A DNA stretch of 64,000 bases from Bacteroidales bacterium (GTDB lineage Bacteria; Bacteroidota; Bacteroidia; Bacteroidales; P3), in NCBI GenBank assembly GCA_017555745.1, contig JAFZFU010000026.1:28419-92418 (forward strand), read 5' to 3'. Each line of letters begins with the position of its first letter. Within the stretch, counting starts at the first letter, position 1. The notes under the pieces are model-generated. The model ran no database searches. It was not told where the DNA came from and saw nothing but the letters and a program-made list of their open reading frames with translations. This document shows positions 18,837 through 27,998 of this stretch, one piece after another. Made by a program: the position numbers and the translations under genes.

Positions 18837-20591
18837 ATGAACATTACACAACAAATAGCACGAAACATAGCATTTACTTTACTTACAATACTATATACCC
18901 CGATATTTTCGCAAAACGACAGTTATCCACAAAACTATTTTCGTTCGCCCGTTAATATACCTCTTGCCACTTCAGGTATCTTTGCCGAGATAAGAAGTAA
19001 CCATTTTCATTCGGGGATGGACTTCAGAATAGGAGGGGTGATAGGCGAACCTGTATATGCTGTGGCCGACGGATATGTATCGAGAATTAAAGTCTCGGCA
19101 TACGGCGGCGGAAAAACCTTATACATCACTCACCCCAATGGATATAAAAGTGTGTATATGCACCTCAATAACTTTGTGGGTGCAATAGCCGAATATACCA
19201 AGCAGTGCCACTACAAACAACGTGCTTTTGAGATAGATGTAGAGATAGCCGACAGCATGTTGATGGTTAAGAAAGGCATGCTGATAGCCAATGCCGGCAA
19301 TACGGGCGGCAGTGGTGGTCCGCATCTGCACTTCGAACTGCGACATGCCCACAACGACAAAACCATAAATCCTCTATTGTTTGGAATGCCGTTTGCCGAC
19401 AATATAGCACCGGTTATACACAACATAAGGGTATACCCCGCCGGAGAAGGTTCGACAATAAATGGACAAACAATACCTTTGATGATAAAAGACACACGTA
19501 CCGACAAGAAGACAAAGAAAAAACACACCTTTGTTCACGATACTGTATATGTAAGTGGACGAATATATACAGGCATATATGCCACCGATGCCGCGCCAAA
19601 CTCGACACAAAAAAACGGAGTCTACGAAATAAAACTATATGTAGACGACGAGTTGATATTCCACTATTCGCCCACCGAGTTTATGTTTGAAGAAACACGT
19701 GCAGCCAACTCGATGATAGACTACGAATGGTACAAGAAAAATCGCCAAGCATACATACTGTCGAGAAAACTGCGAGGCAACAAAAGCCAAACATGCCGTG
19801 TGTATAAAAACAACGGCTATATATCCTTTGCCGACAATGGTTGCCACAAAGTGGAATACAGAGTAACAGACTTTTCGGGCAACAGCGCCAAAATGTCGTT
19901 TGTGGTAAAAAACACTTTGGCTACTCCGGTTGCTGTAGCCACTCCTTCGGCAGCGAAATATAATATTCCCATAGCCTACTATTTAAAAAACAGATACAAA
20001 ACCGACGGATATGCTGTATACTTCGATGAAAACACCTTTTACGAAAATGACCTTATGTGCTATCAAAAGCACCCCGCCAAATATCGCTCGATACTTACCG
20101 ATGTGCATACTTTGACATTTAAAAACCACTCGTTGCCACCACATATAACCTATACCGCTAAACTAACGATACCCGACAGCCTGATGGCTTTAAAACAAAA
20201 ACTTGTGCCCGTAACCGTAGCCGGAAAAACGATAGTGGCACAACCATTTACAATAAATGCCGATACCATGGTGGTAAAACTTAGAACGTTTGATGGCCTG
20301 GCAATATCCATCGATACTATAGCACCCAAAGTATCTCCTTCGAACTTTAAAGAAGGGAAAAAGATAACCACAAAAACTTTGAAGGTAAAAATATCCGATA
20401 ACCTTTCGGGGATAACCAAATATGACTGCTACCTAAACGGAGAATGGATATTGGCCGAACACGATGGCAAAACAGCTACACTGACTATAGACACCGTCGG
20501 AGCCACTGCCACAGGCAAAAATATACTGAAAGTAATAGTTACAGACCGTATAGGAAATACCACCGTAAAAGAATGGGTGCTTCTGTTTTAG
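18837..20591 (+). CDS. M23 family metallopeptidase with long C-terminal extension
   Basis: HFHSGMDFRI and GGPHLHFELR zinc-binding motifs of LytM/M23. Signal sequence present. ~380 aa of beta-rich C-terminal extension. Confidence 0.85.
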   Translation: MNITQQIARNIAFTLLTILYTPIFSQNDSYPQNYFRSPVNIPLATSGIFAEIRSNHFHSGMDFRIGGVIGEPVYAVADGYVSRIKVSAYGGGKTLYITHPNGYKSVYMHLNNFVGAIAEYTKQCHYKQRAFEIDVEIADSMLMVKKGMLIANAGNTGGSGGPHLHFELRHAHNDKTINPLLFGMPFADNIAPVIHNIRVYPAGEGSTINGQTIPLMIKDTRTDKKTKKKHTFVHDTVYVSGRIYTGIYATDAAPNSTQKNGVYEIKLYVDDELIFHYSPTEFMFEETRAANSMIDYEWYKKNRQAYILSRKLRGNKSQTCRVYKNNGYISFADNGCHKVEYRVTDFSGNSAKMSFVVKNTLATPVAVATPSAAKYNIPIAYYLKNRYKTDGYAVYFDENTFYENDLMCYQKHPAKYRSILTDVHTLTFKNHSLPPHITYTAKLTIPDSLMALKQKLVPVTVAGKTIVAQPFTINADTMVVKLRTFDGLAISIDTIAPKVSPSNFKEGKKITTKTLKVKISDNLSGITKYDCYLNGEWILAEHDGKTATLTIDTVGATATGKNILKVIVTDRIGNTTVKEWVLLF

Positions 20592-20634
20592 GCAATTCTT
20601 AAAAATTGCTTCGCAAGTGATTTGCGGAATTTTC
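20591..20634 (+). repeat. Head-family repeat copy (GGCAATTCTTAAAAATTGCTTCGCAAGTGATTTGCGGAATTTTC)
   Basis: Near-identical to the reverse complement of 31341..31384. A weaker second copy lies at 20798..20826 (ggtttaaaaattgtatagcaaatgatttgcgga). Confidence 0.8.
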
Positions 20635-20689
20635 GGGAGAAATCCAAAACCATTACATTCTTCCGAAAAAGGATGGTAATGCTTTTCAA

Positions 20690-20776
20690 AAAAGGGGTAG
20701 GGGCTTGCCATAAAAAGGGATAGGGGGTTTATATCAAAAGGGGTAGGGTTAAATTTTAAAACCCCTTCCCCTTTTG
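20690..20776. repeat. 23-bp-spaced AAAAGGGGTAGGG direct repeats (x3) plus an inverted fourth copy
   Basis: The TA of GGGGTAGGG falls at 20698, 20721 and 20744. aaaaccccttccccttttg (20757..20776) is the near-complement of unit 3, so the two can form a long hairpin. Confidence 0.8.
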
Positions 20777-20853
20777 CAGAATATATTCCATGGTTTAAAA
20801 ATTGTATAGCAAATGATTTGCGGAGCTTACCTTTAAAACATCTAACAAAAAAA

Positions 20854-20882
20854 AGGTGTGGAACTAATCCACACCTTTTTTT
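20854..20882. terminator. Bidirectional terminator (M23 peptidase / BspA-like gene)
   Basis: aggtgtgga-actaa-tccacacct flanked by A8 and T7 runs. Confidence 0.85.
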
Positions 20883-20899
20883 GACTATCGTTGATATTG

Positions 20900-23053
20900 T
20901 TAGTTACGCACCACTTTGCGTATTGCCACACCTCTATCTGTAGTTACACGTAATGTATAGTAGCCTTTGCTTAGTTTGGATAAATCTATAATATAACTAT
21001 CGTTGTATACTGCCACCATTCTACCCATGGCATCCATTACTTCTACTTTGCGGATATCTGTGCTGTTGAAAGTAATAGTTCCGCTTGTTGGGTTGGGATA
21101 TAAACGAAGTTCATCTAATTCGCTAGCAGTTTCTATTCCTATTTCTTCCTCGAAAGTAGCAATATATGTAGCCTCTGCTTCTACTACAATGGTACGAGGA
21201 TTCTCGGTATTGCCATCGTTCCAACTTACAAAGCGATAGCCTTGCTTAGGAGTAGCCGTTATTGTAACCTCTGAGCCAAAGAGATATTCTCCGCTACCCG
21301 ATACAGTACCCATGTTTTCGTTTGCCGAAATAACGGTTATAGTTATATTGTCGCAAATTTCTTCTATACTGATAAAATACTCACCCCATTTGGCAGTAGG
21401 AGCACTATAGTATGCAGCACTTCCACAAGGCACTTTTAATATAGCTGTTGCCGAGAAAATATTAGAGCCAAGTGTAGGAGGAAAACTTGCCAACGATTTA
21501 ACATTATGCAAATTATTGCAACCATAAAAAGCTTTGTTTCCTATAGAAGACATATTTTCACCAATAACAGCATAAGCCAAATTATTGCAGTTTTCGAACG
21601 TAGATTCCTCGATAGTTGTAATACCATTTGGTATAATAATTGTATCTAAACCGCTACAACCATAAAATGCACTATTCCCAATAGATGTAACTCCGTTAGG
21701 AATGATTATCTCCGATATAGCAGTTTTATTGTATACAAAATATGCCGGAATGCGTTGCACACTATCTCCTATAGTTATTGTAGAAATAGGACTATCACTA
21801 AAAGGATAATTTGAATAACTAAAATCACTGCAATTTACTGCATTAAAGTTTAGAGTAGTTAAATTATTGCAACTAGAGAATAGAGAAGAATTAATAGAAG
21901 TAATACTCCGTCCAATTGTCAGAGTTGTTAAAGAAGTTTTACTATATACAAAATTTCCCGGTATACGTTGTACACTATCACCTATGTTTATTGTAGAAAT
22001 ATGACAACCAGAAAATGGATTTAAACTACCAGAAATAAAATTACTGCAATTTACTGCATTAAAGTTTAAGGTAGTTAAACTTGTACAGTTATAAAAAGCA
22101 GACACTCCAACAGACGTAACCGAATTAGGAATAGTAACCGATGTTAGACCGCTACAACCGCTAAAAGCATCACTTCCAATAGAAGTAACCGAATTACCGA
22201 TGGTTACTGAGGTTAACCCGCTACAATAAGCAAAAGCAAAATTTCCAATAGTAGTAACCGAATTGGGGATTGTTACCGAGGTTAGACTGCTACAACCCTC
22301 AAAAGTAGAAATTCCAATAGTAGTAACCGAATTAATAATGGTTACATTTGAACTGCTACCTATATATGCTGTTAATGTAGTTTTTGTACTATCTCTATAT
22401 ATAAAATCGCCATCAATATACCCATTTACATTAAATGCTCCCCATGGGCTACCTGATGCAGTACCGCTATAAACGATATTTTTTACTAAGTAAAAAGCAT
22501 AACTTCCAATATAAGTAACCGAATTAGGAATAGTTACCGAGGTTAACCCGCTGCAATTATAGAAAGCAGAATATCCAATAGACGTAACCGAATTAGGAAT
22601 AGTAACCGATGTTAAACCGCTACAACCGCTAAAAGCAGAATTTCCAATAGAAGTAACCGAATTAGGGATGGAAACCGAAGTTAAACCTGTACAATCTCTA
22701 AAAGCACAACTTCCAATAGAAGTAACCGAATTAGGGATGGTTACCGAAGTTAAACCGCTACAACTTTCAAAAGATCCATAAGGATAACTATCGGGACCAA
22801 TACCTCTTAATTCTGTCACGTTGTAAGTTGTGCCATTGTAAGAAACTGTAGCGGGTATAACTACATTGCCGGAAACATAGTTGTTATATGTGTTGCCTTC
22901 TCCCGGTCTTACAACTCCTACATTTGTAGTTCCGCTAATTATTTCATAATACAGAGTGTGTCCACTTGGGCTTGTTGCACTAAAGTCGTAGGCCCATACA
23001 GTCGATAGCATTGTACTAACTGTAATAATTAAAGATAATAATAATCTCTTCAT
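20900..23053 (-). CDS. BspA-family leucine-rich-repeat surface protein with T9SS type A C-terminal domain
   Basis: Many 23-aa units (LTSVTIPNSVTSIGNSAFSGCSG). C-terminus LRLYPNPTSGTITF...GYYTLRVTTDRGVAIRKVVRN. Start set at MKRLLLSLIITVSTMLSTVWA (23053), a signal peptide; the 57-aa extension to 23224 in the track has no signal-peptide character. Confidence 0.85.
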   Translation of the reverse strand: MKRLLLSLIITVSTMLSTVWAYDFSATSPSGHTLYYEIISGTTNVGVVRPGEGNTYNNYVSGNVVIPATVSYNGTTYNVTELRGIGPDSYPYGSFESCSGLTSVTIPNSVTSIGSCAFRDCTGLTSVSIPNSVTSIGNSAFSGCSGLTSVTIPNSVTSIGYSAFYNCSGLTSVTIPNSVTYIGSYAFYLVKNIVYSGTASGSPWGAFNVNGYIDGDFIYRDSTKTTLTAYIGSSSNVTIINSVTTIGISTFEGCSSLTSVTIPNSVTTIGNFAFAYCSGLTSVTIGNSVTSIGSDAFSGCSGLTSVTIPNSVTSVGVSAFYNCTSLTTLNFNAVNCSNFISGSLNPFSGCHISTINIGDSVQRIPGNFVYSKTSLTTLTIGRSITSINSSLFSSCNNLTTLNFNAVNCSDFSYSNYPFSDSPISTITIGDSVQRIPAYFVYNKTAISEIIIPNGVTSIGNSAFYGCSGLDTIIIPNGITTIEESTFENCNNLAYAVIGENMSSIGNKAFYGCNNLHNVKSLASFPPTLGSNIFSATAILKVPCGSAAYYSAPTAKWGEYFISIEEICDNITITVISANENMGTVSGSGEYLFGSEVTITATPKQGYRFVSWNDGNTENPRTIVVEAEATYIATFEEEIGIETASELDELRLYPNPTSGTITFNSTDIRKVEVMDAMGRMVAVYNDSYIIDLSKLSKGYYTLRVTTDRGVAIRKVVRN

Positions 23054-23363
23054 ATTTATAATTTTATTAGTGAGCTTTCGGCAGATATTCCGTAAATAAG
23101 GGGTATAAAGAAAGGCGTGAAATCTTTCGGTAGCCTTCTTGTTCAAGCATGGGATGTCTGGTAATATCCTTGTAACAAATAATAAGTACACGAAAATCCA
23201 CGCCTTATTAGGCGTGAATTCCATGCATTCTTATTCTTGTTACCTTTTTAGTTTACCAGACTATTCATGCGATAGAATAAGAGCATCAAGCTCTATGTTT
23301 ACACTATGTTTATTATATTTATTTCTACGTTGTTACATATTATTTACTGTTTGTTTGAAAGTG

Positions 23364-23371
23364 CAAAGTTA
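23364..23371 (-). promoter_or_regulatory. -7 box upstream of the BspA-like gene
   Basis: Minus-strand TAACTTTG about 310 nt upstream of the ATG at 23053. Confidence 0.4.
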
Positions 23372-23502
23372 CACATATTTTCGGAATAAAACATAGTTTT
23401 CCAAAAACTTTTTATTTTTAGGTAGTTTCTAAAAAGTTCTCACTCGTAGTTTAAAATTCATTTTAGCCCTATAGAAAAGTTGTTATACCCCGTTGTATTT
23501 CT

Positions 23503-23586
23503 ATATTCCAAAGTTTGGAACGAATATTTCAAAGTTTGAAATATATATTCCAAAGTATGAAATAAATATTCCAAACTTTGGAATAT
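23503..23586. repeat. 4 x 21-bp tandem array of palindrome ATATTCCAAAGTTTGGAA
   Basis: Units start at 23503, 23524, 23545 and 23566. The first and last have the full TTCCAAAGTTTGGAA / TTCCAAACTTTGGAA palindrome; the middle two are degenerate. Confidence 0.9.
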
Positions 23587-23719
23587 ACTTTTGGTATGGG
23601 AAAAAAGAAGTTCTGGTATAGATGTCGGAAACTTTTTTGTAGGGATTAAAAAAATTATAACCATAGATTAGAAACTGAAGAATATAACTGCCACAGAAAA
23701 GAAACAGCGGTAAACAAAC

Positions 23720-23755
23720 AAAAAAAGCCGTCGAAACTCGAATGTTTCGACGGCT
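23720..23755 (-). terminator. Terminator of the SUI1-family gene
   Basis: agccgtcgaaac-tcgaat-gtttcgacggct. On the minus strand a T7 run follows. Confidence 0.85.
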
Positions 23756-23760
23756 TTAAT

Positions 23761-24093
23761 TTAGCATTTATATCCTTCGGCAGTAAGTATCTCTTTCACT
23801 TTTGGCACACAGTCGCCTTGTATTATAATAATTCCGTCTTTGGCGGCTCCGCCTACTCCACATTTGGTTTTCAGTTTTTTGGCTAATGCTTCCAAATCAT
23901 CGGTGGTGCCCACAAAGCCTTTTACCACTGTGGCTACCTTGCCACCACGATTTTTCTTTTCGATATTTACATTTAGTTTTTGTTGGTGTGGAGGTAATGT
24001 TTCCACCAAATCTTGTTCATCATCTTCGTAAGTGTACTGAAAATCGGGGTTGGTAGAGTATACCACACCTACTGCTTTATTTTTCTTTCCCAT
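23761..24093 (-). CDS. SUI1/YciH-family translation initiation factor
   Basis: 110 aa. NRGGKVATVVKGF...LKTKCGVGGAAKDGIIIIQGD matches the SUI1 fold family. Overlaps the upstream gene by 17 nt. Confidence 0.85.
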   Translation of the reverse strand: MGKKNKAVGVVYSTNPDFQYTYEDDEQDLVETLPPHQQKLNVNIEKKNRGGKVATVVKGFVGTTDDLEALAKKLKTKCGVGGAAKDGIIIIQGDCVPKVKEILTAEGYKC

Positions 24094-24982
24094 GCGGACA
24101 AATTATGTTTAGTTTTTTGTTATTGATGTTTATGTCTATTTCTTTACCCATCTTTACGGCTTCGCCATCAAGGTTTACCCATTCGTAGTCGTTGTTGTAT
24201 ATCTTAATGCTTTTGGCTTTTATGATCTCTACATGTTTCGAAAGGTCGAACTTACGAGCCAACACCAAATGTGCTATTATCGGCAAATGTATTATGGGTA
24301 TCAGGTCTACAATGCATACATCTATCAGGCCGTCGCTCAGGTTTGCCGATGGCGCCACTACGGTATTGTAGCCAAATTGGTTAGAGTTGGCAAAGCTTAT
24401 AAACAAAGCCTCGCGTTCCATCTCTTTTCCATCGATGTTTAGTTTATACAACGATGGCTTATAAAAAGGATATTCCGAAAGTATAACTTCGGTATAAGCT
24501 TGCAGTCCTCGTGTTTGTGTGGTGCTAAACTTATGCGCCACCAAGGCATCAAAACCTATACCGGCAATGCTTACGTATGTGTGGTCGTTCATGGTTATGG
24601 TATCTATCTTTTGGCAATATCCTACGTTTATCACTTCGATAGCTTTTCTTACCGAAAGCGGTATCCGCAAATGTCTTGCCAAGCCGTTGCCCGATCCGCA
24701 AGGTATTATTGCCATAGGCATATCCGATTGTGCCGCCACTATGCCCGATGCTACATCGTTTACAGAGCCGTCGCCACCTACGGCCACTATAATATGGCAT
24801 CGCCCGCTTTCGCATGCTTCTTTGGCAATGCTTTGTGCATGATGGGCATATTGTGTGTATTCTATTTCGTAGTCATAAGAGTTGTGGTCGAGGTATGAGG
24901 TCAAAGCCTTTTCTACGGTGCGTTGTTTGCCAACGCCCGATATAGGATTGATTATTACCAGTAGTTTTTTCTTCCCGTTCAT
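24077..24982 (-). CDS. Diacylglycerol/lipid kinase family protein (YegS/BmrU type)
   Basis: INPISGVGK, VAVGGDGSVNDV and IPCGSGNGLARHL motifs. Confidence 0.8.
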   Translation of the reverse strand: MNGKKKLLVIINPISGVGKQRTVEKALTSYLDHNSYDYEIEYTQYAHHAQSIAKEACESGRCHIIVAVGGDGSVNDVASGIVAAQSDMPMAIIPCGSGNGLARHLRIPLSVRKAIEVINVGYCQKIDTITMNDHTYVSIAGIGFDALVAHKFSTTQTRGLQAYTEVILSEYPFYKPSLYKLNIDGKEMEREALFISFANSNQFGYNTVVAPSANLSDGLIDVCIVDLIPIIHLPIIAHLVLARKFDLSKHVEIIKAKSIKIYNNDYEWVNLDGEAVKMGKEIDININNKKLNIICPHGKEK

Positions 24983-25016
24983 AAGTGTTTGGTCGTTTTA
25001 TGGTATATTATATAAC

Positions 25017-26978
25017 TTATTTATTAGGTAATAGTTTGTTACTTATAAGTCGGTTGTTATATTGTTGTATAACAGCTTTTATATAGTTTTTGAGATGTTG
25101 TATTTTATTGTCGTCGGCCATTTGGTCGGCAATGTCGTTGGTAAGTAATGGGTCGTCTGCCACATTGTATAGCTCAAACTTCTCGAGGTTAAAGCGTAAC
25201 AAATAGCCGTCTTTCAATAGTTGATAGCATCCGTTGCGGTAAGCCAGATGGTATCCGCCATCGGTTTGATATATGCTTTTGCCAAATCCAAGCGACGGCT
25301 CGGCAATATTTAAATAGTCGATAATGGTAGGCATCAAATCTATCTGTTGCAATATGTGGTTACTGCTATAGGCTGTGTCGGCGCCGGGATAATAAAATAT
25401 CATAGGTATTTTGTATATTCCGCAGTCGGTTTTGTAATATTTATCCATGGCTTGAGCGGCGTGGTCGGCAGTTATAACAAACAAGGTATTGGCGTACCAA
25501 TCGGTTTGTTGTGCCTTTTCGAAAAACTTTTGCAAAGCGTAGTCGACATACATTACCGGCTCCAATATTGGGATAGGTCCTTTTGCAAAACGACCGATAT
25601 GTTGTCGGGGTATGGTATAAGGATGATGCGATGAAAGAGTAAACACACCCGTAAAGAATGGCTGTGGAAAATCCGAAAGTTTGTCGACCATAAACTGTAA
25701 GAAAGGCTCATCGAATATGCCCCAATTGCCATCGTAATCTTTGTCGTCGTTATATTCGTTCATGCCGTAATAGTTGTCTACGCCTATGGTTTTTACAAAG
25801 CTGTCGAAGTTCATAGAGCCGTTGTAGGCGCCATGGAAAAAAGAAGTATGATAATTATTACGTTTAAGTATTTGAGGCAAACCCTCTATTTTGTTCATCG
25901 AATAGGACGAAGTGATATATGGCTCGTCCATAAGAGTGGGCATGCCTGCCAAGCAAGCCGGTATTGCCTCGATGGAACGTTTGCCATTGGCCATGCCCTG
26001 ATATACTATACTGCGTTGGATAAGCGAGTCCAAAAACGGAGTGTAGCTTACAGCCGAAGGCAATGGATTTAATGCTCCGATATATTCTTCCGAAAAACTT
26101 TCGAGGATGATAAGTACCACATTCTTTGGAATGGCAGCCACAATGGAGTCTGTCGCCGCCAAAGTGTCTACAACCGGTGGCAAAGGATACGACAACGGAC
26201 TAAAAACTTTTTCCAACTCTTCGTCGCTGCCATAAAACTCCATCTTGTTTACACTATTATCTTTATTGAAGGTCTTTATTATCGAGAACGGAGTATTGAT
26301 GATAAGCGGAGTGTTTTCGGCCGAAGTGTATTTGCCTGCATCGATAGGCGACAACGGACGATACTGTAAAAACAGACCGCCGCGTATGGCCACTATAACT
26401 ATCGCTGCAAATATTGCAGAAAGCAAGCTGTCCTTAAACAATGTCTTGGGATAAGGCTTGCGAGGCTGCAACTCTATCTTGCGCGACAGCACCACCAACA
26501 ATACTATCAATACCACAAAGCCCACTACGTACATCCAAAAGTCCGACAAAAACTGAGGTACAAGATTTCCCATATCGCCACCTACGGTAAGATATTTGAA
26601 TATATCGCCCGTGGTACGGCGTAAAGTCCATTGGAAATATATGGTGTCTATAAGGTTGCCCGCCATCATAAGCGACACCAATACGATATACAATACTTCC
26701 GATACCTTTTTGTATGTGGGTTTCCATCGCAATCCTATAGGCAATATATACATAATAAAATATGGCACCAACACCATGGCAGTGGTGGATATGCCAAAAT
26801 GTATATTGCCCAAAAGCACCATAAGCGCATCGCCGACACTATTTATGGAAAACAACGATGCGTTAACTATGTAAAATACCGATTGGGTGATAAATAAGAA
26901 AACAAATGCCAATAGGTATTTTGCTATTACGTAAGGAAATATCTTGTATGTACTGAATATGCAGCGTTTTTGTATCAT
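25017..26978 (-). CDS. LTA synthase / sulfatase-like phosphoglycerol transferase family membrane protein
   Basis: Five N-terminal TM helices plus an extracytoplasmic alkaline-phosphatase-superfamily domain (ILESFSEEY, TADHA). Confidence 0.75.
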   Translation of the reverse strand: MIQKRCIFSTYKIFPYVIAKYLLAFVFLFITQSVFYIVNASLFSINSVGDALMVLLGNIHFGISTTAMVLVPYFIMYILPIGLRWKPTYKKVSEVLYIVLVSLMMAGNLIDTIYFQWTLRRTTGDIFKYLTVGGDMGNLVPQFLSDFWMYVVGFVVLIVLLVVLSRKIELQPRKPYPKTLFKDSLLSAIFAAIVIVAIRGGLFLQYRPLSPIDAGKYTSAENTPLIINTPFSIIKTFNKDNSVNKMEFYGSDEELEKVFSPLSYPLPPVVDTLAATDSIVAAIPKNVVLIILESFSEEYIGALNPLPSAVSYTPFLDSLIQRSIVYQGMANGKRSIEAIPACLAGMPTLMDEPYITSSYSMNKIEGLPQILKRNNYHTSFFHGAYNGSMNFDSFVKTIGVDNYYGMNEYNDDKDYDGNWGIFDEPFLQFMVDKLSDFPQPFFTGVFTLSSHHPYTIPRQHIGRFAKGPIPILEPVMYVDYALQKFFEKAQQTDWYANTLFVITADHAAQAMDKYYKTDCGIYKIPMIFYYPGADTAYSSNHILQQIDLMPTIIDYLNIAEPSLGFGKSIYQTDGGYHLAYRNGCYQLLKDGYLLRFNLEKFELYNVADDPLLTNDIADQMADDNKIQHLKNYIKAVIQQYNNRLISNKLLPNK

Positions 26979-26984
26979 GGTTTT

Positions 26985-27998
26985 TTATTTGCGTTTAGGT
27001 TTGTAGCCCGAATCGGTAAGTATCTTTTGCGAATTGGTATTTTTAAATAGTTCTTCCATTGAAATATCTTTCTTGTTCATATATCTGTCTACTATCTTCC
27101 AACCTATAAAGTCGGTCATGCGTGGTGCCGAATTTTCGAAAGCCGAAGTATTAGGCGCTTCGTTTACAAAAGGACGAATCTTGGCATAATCGTTTTCATA
27201 TAATAGGTTTTTCTGCACAAAATATCCCCACACATTACCCTCGTTGGCTTCAGCCCACTGCATCTGTTGCGAGGTGTAGCGCAGCTTAACACTATCGGGT
27301 GTATTGGGTAACACTTTGTCGAGGAAATACAATATCTTACCATTAAATATCATAAGGTCGAGCATAGATTGGTCGGCGGTATTGCTTTGCGGTATCTTGT
27401 TTATAGCATACGAGGCCATACAGTCGACAGGCATATACACGCTATCCAGCAAGTTTACTATGTACATAGGCATACCAAAGTAGGCATTAAAATATTTCAT
27501 ATTCTTTACGGAATATTGGTCGATGTTTATAGCCATAAACGAATCTGTGCATATTACGCGGTCGTAATATGCAAAAGTTCCGGTTATAAGAGTGTAATAG
27601 TTTTTTATGCTATTGCCCGGCAACAGTTTATGACTTCTACTCATAGCCTCTGCCAATTCTTTTTCCAACCACGAAAGGTCGGGGTAGGTGGTGTGTACCA
27701 CATTGTACACTTTCTGCATCAAAGTGTCGGTGGCAAAATATTTTATTTCTTCGAAATAGACGGGATTATTCACGTTGGTATTAAATAAGAAACGATAGTC
27801 GTAGCTATTGCTTACCAAGGTTTGTTGGAGTTCTTCTATAGGAGTGCCGAATACGATATCTTCGAAACGGTTTATCTTTATTACCTCCTCCGACTCGGCT
27901 ACGGTACTACTACCATTAGATCCGCCACCACACGATGCCACACTTAGCACCACTGCTGCCAATAACAGATATTTTACGATTTTCATTATTGTTGACAT
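26985..27998 (-). CDS. gldB: GldB-like gliding-motility lipoprotein
   Basis: Lipobox LSVASCGG. INRFEDIVF lies near the N-terminus. The C-terminal ...GWKIVDRYMNKKDISMEELFKNTNSQKILTDSGYKPKRK resembles my recollection of Flavobacterium GldB. No alignment could be run. Confidence 0.5.
   Translation of the reverse strand: MSTIMKIVKYLLLAAVVLSVASCGGGSNGSSTVAESEEVIKINRFEDIVFGTPIEELQQTLVSNSYDYRFLFNTNVNNPVYFEEIKYFATDTLMQKVYNVVHTTYPDLSWLEKELAEAMSRSHKLLPGNSIKNYYTLITGTFAYYDRVICTDSFMAINIDQYSVKNMKYFNAYFGMPMYIVNLLDSVYMPVDCMASYAINKIPQSNTADQSMLDLMIFNGKILYFLDKVLPNTPDSVKLRYTSQQMQWAEANEGNVWGYFVQKNLLYENDYAKIRPFVNEAPNTSAFENSAPRMTDFIGWKIVDRYMNKKDISMEELFKNTNSQKILTDSGYKPKRK

Noticed and set aside
23054-23224. 57-aa N-terminal extension of the BspA-like ORF
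   Set aside because: The extension has no signal-peptide character, whereas a textbook signal peptide begins at the internal Met (23053).
23458-23664. 68-aa minus-strand ORF
   Set aside because: Its sequence (..SLEYLFHTLEYIFQTLKYSFQTLEY..) is simply the translation of the 21-bp tandem array.
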